In this document: piece after piece, positions 47,755-61,308 of the stretch
How the letters are laid out: every line of letters starts with the position of its first letter
Position numbering within the stretch: the stretch's first letter is position 1
Assembly: GCA_965116905.1 (NCBI GenBank)
Contig: OZ220732.1
Location: forward strand, 3,040,001-3,104,000
DNA: 64,000 nucleotides
Direction of reading: 5' to 3'
Source: Longimicrobiales bacterium
GTDB lineage: Bacteria > Gemmatimonadota > Gemmatimonadetes > Longimicrobiales > Gaopeijiaceae
The notes under the pieces: generated by a model
Seen by the model: the letters and a program-made list of their open reading frames with translations, nothing else
What the model was told of the DNA's origin: nothing
Databases searched by the model: none
Position numbers and translations under genes: made by a program

Positions 47755-50498
47755 GGGCGTTCGCCACCCAACGCTGTCAACTTTGCTTTCCATTTAGTCA
47801 ACTGCAGTTGACATGACTCCAGCTTCTGGCGCTCGCGCTCCACCACGGCCTCCGGCGCACGCGTGACGAAGTTCGGATTGGCGAGCTTGCCCTCGATTCC
47901 CTTGAGCTGCCCTGCGAGCCGCTCGACCTCGGCCAGCGTACGCGTCCGCTCCCGATCCAGGTCGATGACCCCGGCGAGGGGCAGGAACAGCTCGGTACCG
48001 TCCCGCAGGACGGCGCTGGCGCACACCGTGCTTTCCGGCGGAACCGAACGCGGCACGCTCCCGATCCGGGCCAGCCGGCGGAGCAGTTCCTCGCGCCCCT
48101 CCAGCAGATGCGCGTGCTCGCCGCCCACTGCGTGCACCGCGACCTCTCGCCCTTCGCCGACGCGGTATTCCTTGCGCATGGCGCGCACCCGCACGATGAA
48201 CTCGCGCAGCCAGTCGAAGTCGCGTTCGGCCCGCGCGTCGACGAACTCCGGAGCAACCCGTGGCCAGCGCGCGACGATCAGCGGCCCGGCGCGCTCACCG
48301 GAGACCGGAAGCAGGCCCCACAACTCCTCGGTCACGAACGGGACCAGGGGGTGCAGCAGCCGGCAGATCGCGTCCAGGACGTGGGCCAGCACCGTGCGCG
48401 CGGCTTCCCGTCCCGCTCCGCCGGCGGGCAGCCGATGCTTCACGGCCTCCAGGTACCAGTCCGCGAACTCACCGCGGAAGAAGTCGCGCATCGTCTCGGC
48501 GGCGCCCTGCATCCGGAACTGCTCCAGCTCCTCGTTCATGCGCCGCACCGCCTCCTGCCGTCGCGACAGGATCCAGCGGTCCTCGAGGGTCAGATCGTCC
48601 CGCACGTCGGCGAGCGGCAGGATCGGGTCGTCGCCCAGGCTCATGAGCGCGAAGCGGCCCGCGTTCCAGAGCTTGTTGACGAAGTTGCGTCCGGGCGCGA
48701 AGGCCGCCTCGAGGTTCTCGTGGTCCAGGCGGATGTCGGCGCCGACGCCCGCGCTCGCGAGCACCGTGAACCGGAGTGCATCGGCTCCGTGGAGCTGCAC
48801 GACCTCGAGCGGATCCACCCCGTTGCCGAGGGATTTCGACATCTTGCGGCCCTGGATGTCGCGCACCGTGCCGTGCAGGTAGACCCGCTGGAACGGCGCC
48901 TCCCCCATGGCGTGATACCCCGACATGATCATGCGGGCGACCCAGAAGAAGAGGATCTCGGGCGCGGTGGAAAGCGTGTGGCCGGGGTAGAACGCCCTCA
49001 GGTCGCGGGTCTCCTCGGGCCATCCGAAGACAGAGAACGGCCACAGCCACGACGAAAACCAGGTGTCGAGCACATCGGGGTCCTGCTCCAGCGAGGTGCT
49101 GCCGCAATCGCCGCACGCGTCGGGGTCTTCCCGCACGCAGATCACCGCACCGCAGTCGTCGCAATACCAGACCGGGATCCGATGGCCCCACCACAGCTGG
49201 CGCGAAATGCACCAGTCGCGGATGTTCTCCATCCATTGCTCGTAGACCCGCGTCCAGCGCCCCGGGGCGAAGGTGACGGCACCGGTCCGGGACGCCTCCA
49301 GCGCGGGCTCGGCAAGCGGCTTCATGCGCACGAACCACTGCTCGCTGAGCCGGGGTTCGACCACGGTGTCGCAGCGGTAGCAGCGCGGAACGGCGTGGTC
49401 GTGGTCGTCGCGTCCGGCCAGGAGCTCCTGTTCCTTCAGCGCCGCGACCACCGCCTTGCGGGCATCGAAGCGATCAAGGCCGCGGAAGGCTCCCGGCGCG
49501 TTCTCGTTCATCGTCGCGCGCTCGGTCATGACGTTGAGGACTTCGAGGCCGGTCCGCTGCGCGATCTGGAAGTCGTTGGGGTCGTGGGCGGGCGTGACCT
49601 TCACCATGCCGGTCCCGAAATCCGCGGCGACGTGCGTGTCGGCGACGATGGGGATGGCGCGGCCGGTCAGCGGCAGCTCCACGGCCGCGCCCACGAGCGC
49701 ACCGTACCGGGGATCGTCGGGACTGACGGCCACGCCCGTATCGCCGAGCATGGTCTCCGGCCGGGTAGTGGAGACGGTCAGGTACCAGCGCCCGTCGGAC
49801 AGCCGCCCCAGCGCATCCGCACCCCCGGCCCGCGCCGCGGCGGCCGCATCCTCGTGACCCGCGGCCAGCGGGTAGCGCAGGTGCCAGAGCGAGCCCCGCG
49901 CCTCGGCCCCTTCGGCCTCTTCGTTGGACAGTGCCGTCAGACAGCGCGGACACCAGTTGATGATGTATTCGCCGCGGTAGATGAGCCCGTCTTCGTACAG
50001 CGCGACGAAGATCTCTCTCACCGCCCGCGACAGGCCCTCGTCGAGCGTGAAGCGGGCCCGCGTCCAGTCACAGCTGCATCCGATGGCCTTGAGCTGGCCG
50101 AGAATGCGGTCCCCGGTCAGATCGACGTGCTCCCACACCTTTTGCACGAACGCTTCGCGACCCAGGTCGTGCCGGGTCTTGCCCTCGGCGGCCAGACGCC
50201 GCTCGACGACGTTCTGGGTCGCGATCCCGGCGTGGTCCGTGCCCGGCACCCAGAGCGTGGCGCGTCCCTGCATCCTGCGCCAGCGGATGAGCACGTCCTG
50301 GATCGTGTTGTTGAGACCGTGCCCCATGTGAAGCACGGCCGTGACGTTGGGCGGCGGAATCACGATCACGTACGGATCGCCGCCTTCCTCGACGGCACCC
50401 GCCGACGCCGCGAAATGGCCGCCCTCGTCCCACATGCGCAGGATCCGGGGTTCGACCGCCCGGGGATCGAAGGTCTTGGCAAGCACGGGGGCCTTCAA
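47751..50498 (-). CDS. valS: Valine--tRNA ligase
   Basis: PPPNVTAVLHMGH, GTDHAGIATQ, DWCISRQLWWGHRIP, DVLDTWFSS, KMSKS, C-terminal coiled coil. Confidence 0.97.
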   Translation of the reverse strand: MKAPVLAKTFDPRAVEPRILRMWDEGGHFAASAGAVEEGGDPYVIVIPPPNVTAVLHMGHGLNNTIQDVLIRWRRMQGRATLWVPGTDHAGIATQNVVERRLAAEGKTRHDLGREAFVQKVWEHVDLTGDRILGQLKAIGCSCDWTRARFTLDEGLSRAVREIFVALYEDGLIYRGEYIINWCPRCLTALSNEEAEGAEARGSLWHLRYPLAAGHEDAAAAARAGGADALGRLSDGRWYLTVSTTRPETMLGDTGVAVSPDDPRYGALVGAAVELPLTGRAIPIVADTHVAADFGTGMVKVTPAHDPNDFQIAQRTGLEVLNVMTERATMNENAPGAFRGLDRFDARKAVVAALKEQELLAGRDDHDHAVPRCYRCDTVVEPRLSEQWFVRMKPLAEPALEASRTGAVTFAPGRWTRVYEQWMENIRDWCISRQLWWGHRIPVWYCDDCGAVICVREDPDACGDCGSTSLEQDPDVLDTWFSSWLWPFSVFGWPEETRDLRAFYPGHTLSTAPEILFFWVARMIMSGYHAMGEAPFQRVYLHGTVRDIQGRKMSKSLGNGVDPLEVVQLHGADALRFTVLASAGVGADIRLDHENLEAAFAPGRNFVNKLWNAGRFALMSLGDDPILPLADVRDDLTLEDRWILSRRQEAVRRMNEELEQFRMQGAAETMRDFFRGEFADWYLEAVKHRLPAGGAGREAARTVLAHVLDAICRLLHPLVPFVTEELWGLLPVSGERAGPLIVARWPRVAPEFVDARAERDFDWLREFIVRVRAMRKEYRVGEGREVAVHAVGGEHAHLLEGREELLRRLARIGSVPRSVPPESTVCASAVLRDGTELFLPLAGVIDLDRERTRTLAEVERLAGQLKGIEGKLANPNFVTRAPEAVVERERQKLESCQLQLTKWKAKLTALGGERP

Positions 50499-50499
50499 C

Positions 50500-51345
50500 C
50501 TATCGCCGCCTCGTGGCGCCGGACGTGGTGTCGGGCCTGACCGCCGCGTTCGCCCTTTCCTCTTCCTGCTGCGCGCGCTGCTCCTCGCGCCTGCGCTGCA
50601 TGATCTCCAACCGCTCGCGCCAGCTCCGCCGCGCCGCGAGGCTGCCGTATGCGCGCTCGATGTCGGTCATGCGAAAAGCCCATTCGGCCTGGTCGCCGTT
50701 GTAGTCCGGGGGTGGTCCGAAGCCGAAGTTGCCAAGGGGGATCTCGACGTCGCCGAGGTGCACGCGGCCCGGAGAAACACCCCACCGCTTGCCGTCCGCA
50801 TCGGTATAGGTCCAGTCCATCGCCTCAGCCAGCCGCTCGGCCTCCGCGGCGGCCGAGTCGTTCGACGATTCGACCGCGGCGAGGATCCGAAGCTCGAGCA
50901 GCTGCTGCGGAGTAGGCTCCACGAGCGAGGGGTCCAGCGGCGCCCACAGCCGGGGATCCCCCTGCCCGACGCGCAGCCGCTCGGCCGCGCTCCGGTACCG
51001 CTCGGGCATGTAGATGGTCTGATCCTCGAGGCTCGGCGCTTCCGGCGCGGCCTCGGGCTCCGAGGGATCCTCGATCTCGGTCGGATCGCTCGGATCGCCC
51101 ACCTCGGGTCCGGCGAGCTCCACGATGTCCAGCACCTGCATCCCGGGGGCCGGTGGCGGGTCGGGAAGCAGCGGAAACACCCCGGATTCGGGCTGAATCG
51201 CCGAAAAGAAGGGATAGAGCACGATGGCCACAACGTGCGCGAGGGCAGAAAGCAGCAGGCCGGTCAGGAGCGGACGGCGTCCCGCCCGTCGTCGCAGCGC
51301 GGCGCGCGACGGCGGGATAGGCTGGTCTCCGGCCTCTCTGGTCAT
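50500..51345 (-). CDS. Hypothetical single-TM protein with Pro/Glu-rich linker
   Basis: TM segment LLLSALAHVVAIVLY (resembles a TonB/TolA SxxxH anchor), Pro-rich linker, DWTYTDADGKRWGVSPG domain. Start ATG 51345. Confidence 0.75.
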   Translation of the reverse strand: MTREAGDQPIPPSRAALRRRAGRRPLLTGLLLSALAHVVAIVLYPFFSAIQPESGVFPLLPDPPPAPGMQVLDIVELAGPEVGDPSDPTEIEDPSEPEAAPEAPSLEDQTIYMPERYRSAAERLRVGQGDPRLWAPLDPSLVEPTPQQLLELRILAAVESSNDSAAAEAERLAEAMDWTYTDADGKRWGVSPGRVHLGDVEIPLGNFGFGPPPDYNGDQAEWAFRMTDIERAYGSLAARRSWRERLEIMQRRREEQRAQQEEERANAAVRPDTTSGATRRR

Positions 51346-51352
51346 GGGTCTG

Positions 51353-52009
51353 CTAGTCCGGTCCTTCGTGTACGGTTTCGGGTCCCAGGGGCACGCCCTC
51401 GACGACGGGGTTGCGCACCGACGCGCCGCATGACAGCGCGATCTCGACAACGTCGCCTGGCGAGAGCGGCCCGACCCCTTCCGGCGTGCCGGTGGCGATC
51501 AGGTCCCCGGGCTCCAGCGTCATGACGTGCGAGATGTAACTCACCAACCGTGGGATGGCGAACACCATGTCGGCGGTTGTCCCGTGCTGGCGGACTTCTC
51601 CGTTTACCCGCGTGGTCACCGAAATGTTCTCGCGATCGACGGATGCGATCCCGATCATGTCGCCCAGCGGACAGAACGTGTCCAGCCCCTTGGCCCGGGT
51701 CCACTGGCTGTCCGTACGCTGCAGGGTCCTGGCGGTCACGTCGTTGACCGCGACCACGCCGCTCACGCAGTCCCAGGCCGATTCCTCGGGGACGCGCCGG
51801 CAGCGACGGCCCACCACCAGCCCGATCTCGCCCTCGTAGTCCACGCGCCCCACGTCCGGCGGCATGTGGACCGGGTCGCCGTTGCCGATCACGGACGACG
51901 GCGGCTTGAGGAAGATGAGGGGCTCGGCGGGCACCGAGCTGCCCAGTTCGGCGGCGTGGTCCGCGTAGTTGCGCCCCACGCATACGATCTTGCCGGGCCT
52001 CACGGTCAC
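51353..52009 (-). CDS. Fumarylacetoacetate hydrolase family protein
   Basis: KIVCVGRNYADHAAE, FLKPPSS, DYEGE, NDVTAR, KGLDTFCPLG, GDLIATGTPEGVG. Confidence 0.94.
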   Translation of the reverse strand: MTVRPGKIVCVGRNYADHAAELGSSVPAEPLIFLKPPSSVIGNGDPVHMPPDVGRVDYEGEIGLVVGRRCRRVPEESAWDCVSGVVAVNDVTARTLQRTDSQWTRAKGLDTFCPLGDMIGIASVDRENISVTTRVNGEVRQHGTTADMVFAIPRLVSYISHVMTLEPGDLIATGTPEGVGPLSPGDVVEIALSCGASVRNPVVEGVPLGPETVHEGPD

Positions 52010-52025
52010 GATCTCCAAGCGCCGG

Positions 52026-52223
52026 CTAGTCGGCCCGGCGCGAGTGTATGGCCGTCCCCACGAGCGCTCCGAGCGCGGCAATCGTGAGGAAACTGGCGAT
52101 CACCGTCCACCAGAAACCGACATCGGTGTCGCCTCCTCCCCAGCCGATCGACGCGGTGCGGGCCGCACCGGCGGCAAGGGTCAGGAGGAACAATCCGGCA
52201 AGGAATCCAAGCGCCTTCTTCAT
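52026..52223 (-). CDS. Small hypothetical membrane protein (2 TM)
   Basis: 65 aa from ATG 52223 with two hydrophobic helices; fills the gap in a same-strand gene run. Confidence 0.6.
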   Translation of the reverse strand: MKKALGFLAGLFLLTLAAGAARTASIGWGGGDTDVGFWWTVIASFLTIAALGALVGTAIHSRRAD

Positions 52224-52302
52224 TTGCAAACGCACCAGGGTTGGGGAATCCGGTCACTCCGGGCGTGCGGAATCCGCGCGGTACCGCCCCGCCCTCTTGA
52301 AT

Positions 52303-54857
<2,555 letters not shown>

Positions 54858-54861
<4 letters not shown>

Positions 54862-56189
54862 GTCTTGAGCTTCTTCTTCTTCGCGGCGGGGAACAGGACG
54901 TTGTTGAGGATCAGCCGGTAGCCCGGCGAGTTGGGGTGGAGCGCGAGGTCGGTGGGAGGATCCCCGATCTGGTGCTCCGGGTCCTCCGGGTCGTGCCCGC
55001 CATAGTAGGTCCAGGTTCCCTCACCCAGATTGCCATGGATGTACTTGGCCCAGACACCCTCGACGGCCAGCTGCACCACGCCCGGCTTCAGGCGGTCGAT
55101 GGCGAACGAGGTGGTCAGGCCGTAGAAGTCGCGGAGCACGGACTCGTGGCTCTGCGTCAGCATTGCCGGGACCGGATCGAACTTGGCCGAGAAGTCGAAC
55201 AGCGTGAAGGCGCCGAGCTCCTTCTTCCACGGGGTGTTGACCTGGTGCCCGTCGATGTCCGAGAAGGCGTTGACCGACGGAGCCACCTGGACCATGGCGT
55301 CGTGGAAGGCCATCGCATGCCCCCAGTCGACGTTCGCACTGGCGTTGGGATCCGGCGGCGTCCCGTCCGAATACGCCGCCGCGATGTCCACCGAAGTCGC
55401 GGCCAGGGCCAGCTCCAGCGTCTCCGGAGCGGAGCACATGGCGAAGAGGAAGCCACCGCCGTGCACATAGTCGCGGATGCCGCGGCTGACGGCCTTCTTC
55501 AGCGCGGGGACGTTGGGGAAGCCGAGCGTGCGCGCCGCTTCCTCGTTGCGCGCGACCTCGTCCTCCAGCCATGGAGCGCCCGCGTAGGTGATGTAGAACT
55601 TGGAGTACTGCCCCGTGAAGTCCTCGTGGTGGAGGTGGAGCCACTCATAGTCCTCCAGGCCATCCTGGATGACTTCGTAGTCCCAGACCTTGTCGTAGGG
55701 AATCTCGGCGTAGTCGAGGGCCATGGTCACCGCGTCGTCCCACGGGGCGCTGTTCGGCGGTGTGTAGATGGCGATCCTGGTCGCCTTTTCCAGAACGACC
55801 GACTCCATGTTGGAATTGGCCACGATCCCCCGGATCCGCGCCTCTTCCGCGACGCCGACGGGTTGGATGGTCACGCCCATGAGCGCGGCCCGCCGCCGGA
55901 CGGTCTCGGTGTCGGGCAGCAGGAAGGAGCCGCCCTGGAAGTTGAGGAGCCACTCGGCGCGGCCATCGCTGTCCAGGACCGAATAGGCGAGGCCGTAGGC
56001 CTTGAGGTGATCCGCCTGCCCCCGGTCCATGGGGACAAGGAGCATCTGGGCCGACAGCGCGCCCGGCTCGACGGCGGCGATCGTCGCCATGCCGGCAATG
56101 CAAAGGGCACGGCGCCACCGGGCGGGCACCTGCGGCCACGTCGGGCGAGCGGGCCGGGCAGTGCCGGCCATCGCGGTTCGCATGATCAT
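54858..56189 (-). CDS. Secreted conserved protein with class-I GATase-like motif (family often labelled 'asparagine synthetase B' in Bacteroidota; function unknown)
   Basis: Signal peptide, LLVPMD..QADHLKAYG, WLHLHHEDFTGQY, GGFLFAMCSA, GGHDPED, NSPGYRLILNNVLFPAA. Confidence 0.75.
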
Positions 56190-57958
56190 CGGGATCCTCC
56201 GTTCTGTAAGCGGCGCAGCTCCCGACGCGCGCCGGGCACGACCGGGCTGTCCGGGCGGCTGACAATCAGGGTCTCCAGGATGCGGACCGCCTCGTCCCGT
56301 CCGCCTGGATCATCGGCGATCGCGCGCGCCAGGCGCACCGCAGCGTCCGGGAACTCCCGCGCGTCCGAGTGCTCGGCAACAAGGCGGCGGCGGAAGCGCA
56401 CGGCGAGGTCGCCCCGTTCGAAGCGGTCGGCAGCGTGCGCCGCCATCGCGAGAATCGCGGGGCGGTCCGAGGGCGGCACCGCCTCGATCCCGGCCGCGAC
56501 GGCCTCCAGCCCGTCGGCGGGCCGGCCACGGTGGCCGGAAATCGCGACCCGCGCCGCCAGCGCGGCGCCTGCAGGCGTAAGTTCGCTCAGGGCGAGCGAC
56601 AGCTCCAGCACCTCGGTCGCGCGCGCCGGCTCCAGGTCGGGGATGGATGCCTGCAGCGCCACGATGCCCTCGGGCACCGCGCCGCCTTCGAGGAGCAAGA
56701 AGGCACGCTCCAGGGCCGCCCCGGGTCCGTCGATGCCTTCGAGCACCTCGAGCGCCTCGGCGCGCATTCCGCCGGCGAGCAGCCGCGACGCGAGGTTCGC
56801 CGACAGCGCGTCCAGCTCGGTGGCCTCGGGGAACTCCTCCCGGAACGCGGCAAGGCCCTCCACGGCCGCTTCGGTCGTGTGCGCGGCGATCTCCAGCTCC
56901 AGCTGCTCGGTCCAGGCGGTGCGCCGCGCGGACGAGCCGGCCGCCAGCGACCCGGTGATCCTGCGCCGCGCCTCCACGGCGGCCGTGGTGTCGCCGGCGG
57001 CGAGCGCGGCGGCCGCCATCCTTTCGTCGGTCGCGCGGGCCTCTCCGGCGTCGTCGGCCATGGCGTGAAGCAGACGATAGGCCCAAAGCGCGCTGGCGGG
57101 CCGGTCCAGGTCCTCCGCCTTGCGCGCGAACCCGTTGAGGAAGCCGCGAGCCTCGCGTCCGTCGAGCTGCTCCCGGGCGGCGGCCGTGAATTCACGCGCA
57201 GCGTCCTCGCGGCCTTCCCGCAGCGCCAGCTCGGCTCCGGCCTCGAGCCGGGCGACCGTGGCGGGGCCGGCCCCGATTGCCGCCACGATCACCGCGACCG
57301 CCTCGTCGCGTCCGGTCTCCAGGTCCGCAACACGCCGGAACACATCGCCGTTCCGCGCACGGTCACGCCCGAGCGCCCGCGCCCAGGCCGCGGCCGCGTC
57401 TTCAACGCGCCCCGCGGCGACCTGCGCGTCACCCAGTTCGATCAGCAGAACCGGCAGGTCACCGAGCACGTCCAGCCCCTCCTCGATCAACGCCACCGCC
57501 CTGCCCGCCCCATGCAGATCGAGGTATGCGAGCGCGCCCTCCTGGTACGGGTCGGGTGACCCCGGAACGGCCCGGATCCAGTCCCGGACGGCCTCGTCGA
57601 CGGCCCGCTCCGCCTCCGTCTCGGCCAGGATGCTCAACTTGAGCGCCCACACCGTGGCCGTACCGGGCTCGACCGCGAGAAAGCCGTCCACGACGGGAAG
57701 GACCTCGTCGAGCCGATCATCGTTTCTCAGGACCCGTTCCAGCGCGAACACCCCGGCCGACGACCCGGGATGAAGCCGCAGCAACTCTCGAAGCGTCGCC
57801 TCGGCCGCGGCCAGCTCTCCCCTCGCCTCCTGTGTGGTCGCGCGCCGGAGCATGCGGTTCTCCACGCGCGGGTCGTACCGCGCCTGGGCCGCCAGCGCGT
57901 CCGCCGCACAAGGCGCCGACGCGGCGGCGAGACACAGGAGCACGGCCCATCGCCTCAT
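56186..57958 (-). CDS. Secreted TPR/alpha-solenoid protein
   Basis: Signal peptide and Ala/Leu/Glu helical repeats; C-terminal ILETLIVSRPDSPVVPGARREL. Confidence 0.75.
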   Translation of the reverse strand: MRRWAVLLCLAAASAPCAADALAAQARYDPRVENRMLRRATTQEARGELAAAEATLRELLRLHPGSSAGVFALERVLRNDDRLDEVLPVVDGFLAVEPGTATVWALKLSILAETEAERAVDEAVRDWIRAVPGSPDPYQEGALAYLDLHGAGRAVALIEEGLDVLGDLPVLLIELGDAQVAAGRVEDAAAAWARALGRDRARNGDVFRRVADLETGRDEAVAVIVAAIGAGPATVARLEAGAELALREGREDAAREFTAAAREQLDGREARGFLNGFARKAEDLDRPASALWAYRLLHAMADDAGEARATDERMAAAALAAGDTTAAVEARRRITGSLAAGSSARRTAWTEQLELEIAAHTTEAAVEGLAAFREEFPEATELDALSANLASRLLAGGMRAEALEVLEGIDGPGAALERAFLLLEGGAVPEGIVALQASIPDLEPARATEVLELSLALSELTPAGAALAARVAISGHRGRPADGLEAVAAGIEAVPPSDRPAILAMAAHAADRFERGDLAVRFRRRLVAEHSDAREFPDAAVRLARAIADDPGGRDEAVRILETLIVSRPDSPVVPGARRELRRLQNGGSR

Positions 57959-60900
57959 CGGCGGTTGATCCTCTCGAAGTAACGGATCACCAGTGCGCGC
58001 TGGGCCGGCGGGAGCGCCCGCAGCGCGGCGGCGTCGGGCAACGCGAAGCGCAGTGCATCCATGTCGTCGCTGCTCAGTGCGCTCACGCCCGCCCGCTCGA
58101 ACGCCCCGGGCTCGTCGGATTCCCGCTCCTCCGACTCCTCATCGCGCTCCAGCGTCCGTCCGGCGTCGAGCAGGCGGTGGAACAGCCGCTCCTGTCGGCG
58201 CAGCACCTCGGGATCCAGGCGGCCCTGGGCCAGAGCCTCGGCAAGCCGCCTGGCCTCTTCGGCAAAAGCGGACAAGTCGCCGAGCGGGTCGCCCTCCTCG
58301 GGCCCTTCCTCCGTCATCTCGTCGAGCCCTTCGGCCACCTCCTCCTGGCGCCCCGCCATCTCCTCCATCCGCTCGGCCATCGTCTCCTGGCCAAGACGCA
58401 TCGGGGTCAGCGCGGAGGCGTCCTGGATGATCTCGCCCTGCTGCTGCGCGAGCTGCTGCATCTGCTGCATCATCTGCTCCGACCCGGACGCCGAGGCCTG
58501 CGCCTGCCCCTGCTGCTGGCCCGACGTCATCGCGAGGCGCGCGACCTCGTTGAGGCTGCGCACCACGGCCTCGGCCTCGGCCGCCGGCGACGGACCGCGG
58601 GCGCGCGGGTTCTCCATGGCCCCGATCGTACCGTCGAGGTGCTCCATCGCCTGGCCGACGGCGGCGAGCAGGTCCCGCGCCCCCGGCGCCGCCATCTCCG
58701 TACCCTCGGCGTAGTTCTCCGCGAGGTTGCGGATCCCCTGCGCGACGGCCGCCTCGTCGGCCCGGAGCGCCGCCAGCTCGGCGGCATTCGCCCCCTGCAT
58801 CCGGCCACGAAGGTCGGACTGCGTCCGTGCCAGGGCCAGGGCGTCGGCGGCGGTCTGCCCCAGGGCTGCCCGAATGGCGTTCATCAGCTCCTGCTGCATC
58901 TGCATCTGCGCCTCACCCAACTGCTGGGAGACCTCCGACAGGTCGCCAGCCGCCTGACCCGCCTGCTGGCCGGCTTGCTGCTGCTGCCCCTGGCTTGCCA
59001 GCTGAGCCGCCTGGCTCATCTGCTCCCTGGCCTGGCTCAACTGGTGCCGGGCCTCCTGTACGCCCGCTACGGCCCCCTGCTCGCCCGCCTCCTGGAGGCG
59101 CTGCTCCAGCCCTTCCAACTGGCGCTGAAGCTCCTCGGCCTCGGCCTCCAGCACCTCCTGCTGACCGGCCCGCAGCGACTCCTCGCCGCCCTCCATCAAC
59201 GCGTCCGCGAGGATCTGCTGTTCTTCGGCCAGCTCCTGCGCCTCACGTGTCGTGGCGCGGAAGTCCTGCTCGATGGCGGCCTCGCGGAACCGCTGCAGCG
59301 ACTCTTCGAGCCTCTCGCGCAGCCGTTCCTGGTTCCGAGTCATCTCTTCCAGGGCCGCCTGCAGCTCCTCCGGGTCCATTCCGGCGAGCTGATCGCGCAA
59401 TTCGTCCGCTTCCTCGCGGTCCTCCGGGGTCGCACCCTCCAGCAGTTCCTGGAGCTCCTCGAGCCCATCGTCGAGTTCCGGGTCGGCCAGACCGGCATCC
59501 ATCAGGGCCTCGCGCAGCTCCGCGAGTTCGCGCTGCAGCGAGTCGACCGCCTGCATCATGTCGTCCTGCCGCTCGAGTGCCTGGGCGACCTCTTCCCGCT
59601 CCGCGAAGTCCGATTGGCCGTTCCTGCGGCTGCCGGCCTCGGATTCGCGCTCGTTTCGCTGTTGCAGCTCGCGGGCCTCCTCCTCGGCCTGCCGCGCCTC
59701 CTCGGCCAGTTCCTCCACTCCTTCGGCCGTCCTCTCCAGCTCCTCCTGGGCAGCGCGTTCCAGTTCGGCGATGCCACCCATCCAGAGACTGTACTCGGCG
59801 CTCTCGCTCACCTGACGCGACGGATGGTTGTCGATCACTCTCGCCCGATAACGGATCGTGTCGCCGGGGGTGAGCGTCCAGCCCGAGAGCTCGAGCACCG
59901 GCCGCACGATCGCGCCCGCCGATCCACCCAGCTGGACCGCGTGCACCACCGGCTCGCCCGCCTCGCCGAAGGAACTGATGCGCCGCACCACGATCTCCAC
60001 CCGCTCCACGCCGTGGTCGTCCTGGGCGTGTACGACCAGGGGCTGCCTCAGGTCCACGGGCATGATCGTGTCACGCCCGGGAAAGACGATCGCGACTTCG
60101 GGAGGCCGGTCGGGGACCACCTCGAGTACCAGCGGTTCGGGGGCCACTGCCGCCTCCCCGCCCACCGCGTCGGTGAAGTGCCAGGTGTACGTGCCCGTGC
60201 GCTGGGGGAACCATCCGGCCTCGAAGCGCGTGCCGCTGACGTCGAGCGACACCACGGCGCGCTGCCGGTCGTCCCTGAGCGTCCCGGTGCCGAGCGCCCG
60301 ACTGCCCTCGCCGCGCATCCGCAGATGCGTTCCCGCGGGCACCGAGAGCGGCGGCATCTCGTTGCGGTACTCGCCGGGAGGCAGGCTCGTGTGCGGCGGA
60401 TAGGTGACTTCCAGCGAGAAGTTGCTCACGAAGAGCGGGTCGACGGGGGTGAGGACGTGCACGCCGGTGCGGGCGCCGTCCGGCGCTTCGATCCAATACC
60501 GCACCTCGGCGTTCACGGGGGGGAGGGACGTGTTGCCGGTCCCCTCGACGAGCGCGATCGGCCGGGACCGCGTGACCTGCCCCGTCACGTCCCAGCGCAG
60601 CATGACACTGTCCCGCAGCGGCGCGTGCGCGGTGATTTCGACGACGGCACCCCGGGAGACCTCGGCCGTGCCGGGTTCCAGTGTGACCGGGGGAAGGACG
60701 GGCGCGGCCAGCACTGTCAGGGGATTCAGAAGCCCGTCCCAGGCGCTGAAGGTGCGCGACGGCGCCGCGCCCATGACCAGGAGCGCCGCCGGCAGCGCGA
60801 GCCCCAGCGCCGTCATGCCCCGGCGTGCCCGCCCCCGGACCTGGTCGCCAAGCTTGCCCGAGAGTGTCTTCGGGTCCCCGGAAAGCCTCCCGCCGACCCT

Positions 60901-61308
60901 CCACAGAGCCAGTGCCCGGAGACCGGGCGAGGTGCCGGGGGGCGCCTTGCGTGACAGCTCCAGGCCGCCCAGGACCGCGCCCTCCTCGAGTCCCGCGATG
61001 CTGTCCATCGAACGCGTGATCCTATGCTCGGCGCACCAGTGCCGCCCAAGCCGGCGCCAACGCCACACGCCTCCCGGGATCACCGCGAGCACGAGCAGAG
61101 CGAGCAGCAGCGGAACCGGACTGCCCGCGCTCCAGCCGCCGTCTCCGGCCAACCCCGCCGCCAGGACCAGCACCGCAAGCATCAAGGCACCGCACCACCC
61201 CGCCACCGTGAGTCCGAGCGACCGGGACAGGTAGGCCCGGACCCCTTCCACGGCCGCCCCGATCCCCGCCGCTGCAGCGCGCATGGCCTTGCGTTCCCGA
61301 GCCGTCAT
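57955..61308 (-). CDS. DUF4175-like membrane protein with long Gln/Glu-rich coiled coil
   Basis: Three N-terminal TM segments, Ig-like region (DRPPEV...AQDDHGV...YRARVIDN), long coiled coil, C-terminal RQERLFHRLLDA...VIRYFERI. Confidence 0.78.
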   Translation of the reverse strand: MTARERKAMRAAAAGIGAAVEGVRAYLSRSLGLTVAGWCGALMLAVLVLAAGLAGDGGWSAGSPVPLLLALLVLAVIPGGVWRWRRLGRHWCAEHRITRSMDSIAGLEEGAVLGGLELSRKAPPGTSPGLRALALWRVGGRLSGDPKTLSGKLGDQVRGRARRGMTALGLALPAALLVMGAAPSRTFSAWDGLLNPLTVLAAPVLPPVTLEPGTAEVSRGAVVEITAHAPLRDSVMLRWDVTGQVTRSRPIALVEGTGNTSLPPVNAEVRYWIEAPDGARTGVHVLTPVDPLFVSNFSLEVTYPPHTSLPPGEYRNEMPPLSVPAGTHLRMRGEGSRALGTGTLRDDRQRAVVSLDVSGTRFEAGWFPQRTGTYTWHFTDAVGGEAAVAPEPLVLEVVPDRPPEVAIVFPGRDTIMPVDLRQPLVVHAQDDHGVERVEIVVRRISSFGEAGEPVVHAVQLGGSAGAIVRPVLELSGWTLTPGDTIRYRARVIDNHPSRQVSESAEYSLWMGGIAELERAAQEELERTAEGVEELAEEARQAEEEARELQQRNERESEAGSRRNGQSDFAEREEVAQALERQDDMMQAVDSLQRELAELREALMDAGLADPELDDGLEELQELLEGATPEDREEADELRDQLAGMDPEELQAALEEMTRNQERLRERLEESLQRFREAAIEQDFRATTREAQELAEEQQILADALMEGGEESLRAGQQEVLEAEAEELQRQLEGLEQRLQEAGEQGAVAGVQEARHQLSQAREQMSQAAQLASQGQQQQAGQQAGQAAGDLSEVSQQLGEAQMQMQQELMNAIRAALGQTAADALALARTQSDLRGRMQGANAAELAALRADEAAVAQGIRNLAENYAEGTEMAAPGARDLLAAVGQAMEHLDGTIGAMENPRARGPSPAAEAEAVVRSLNEVARLAMTSGQQQGQAQASASGSEQMMQQMQQLAQQQGEIIQDASALTPMRLGQETMAERMEEMAGRQEEVAEGLDEMTEEGPEEGDPLGDLSAFAEEARRLAEALAQGRLDPEVLRRQERLFHRLLDAGRTLERDEESEERESDEPGAFERAGVSALSSDDMDALRFALPDAAALRALPPAQRALVIRYFERINRR

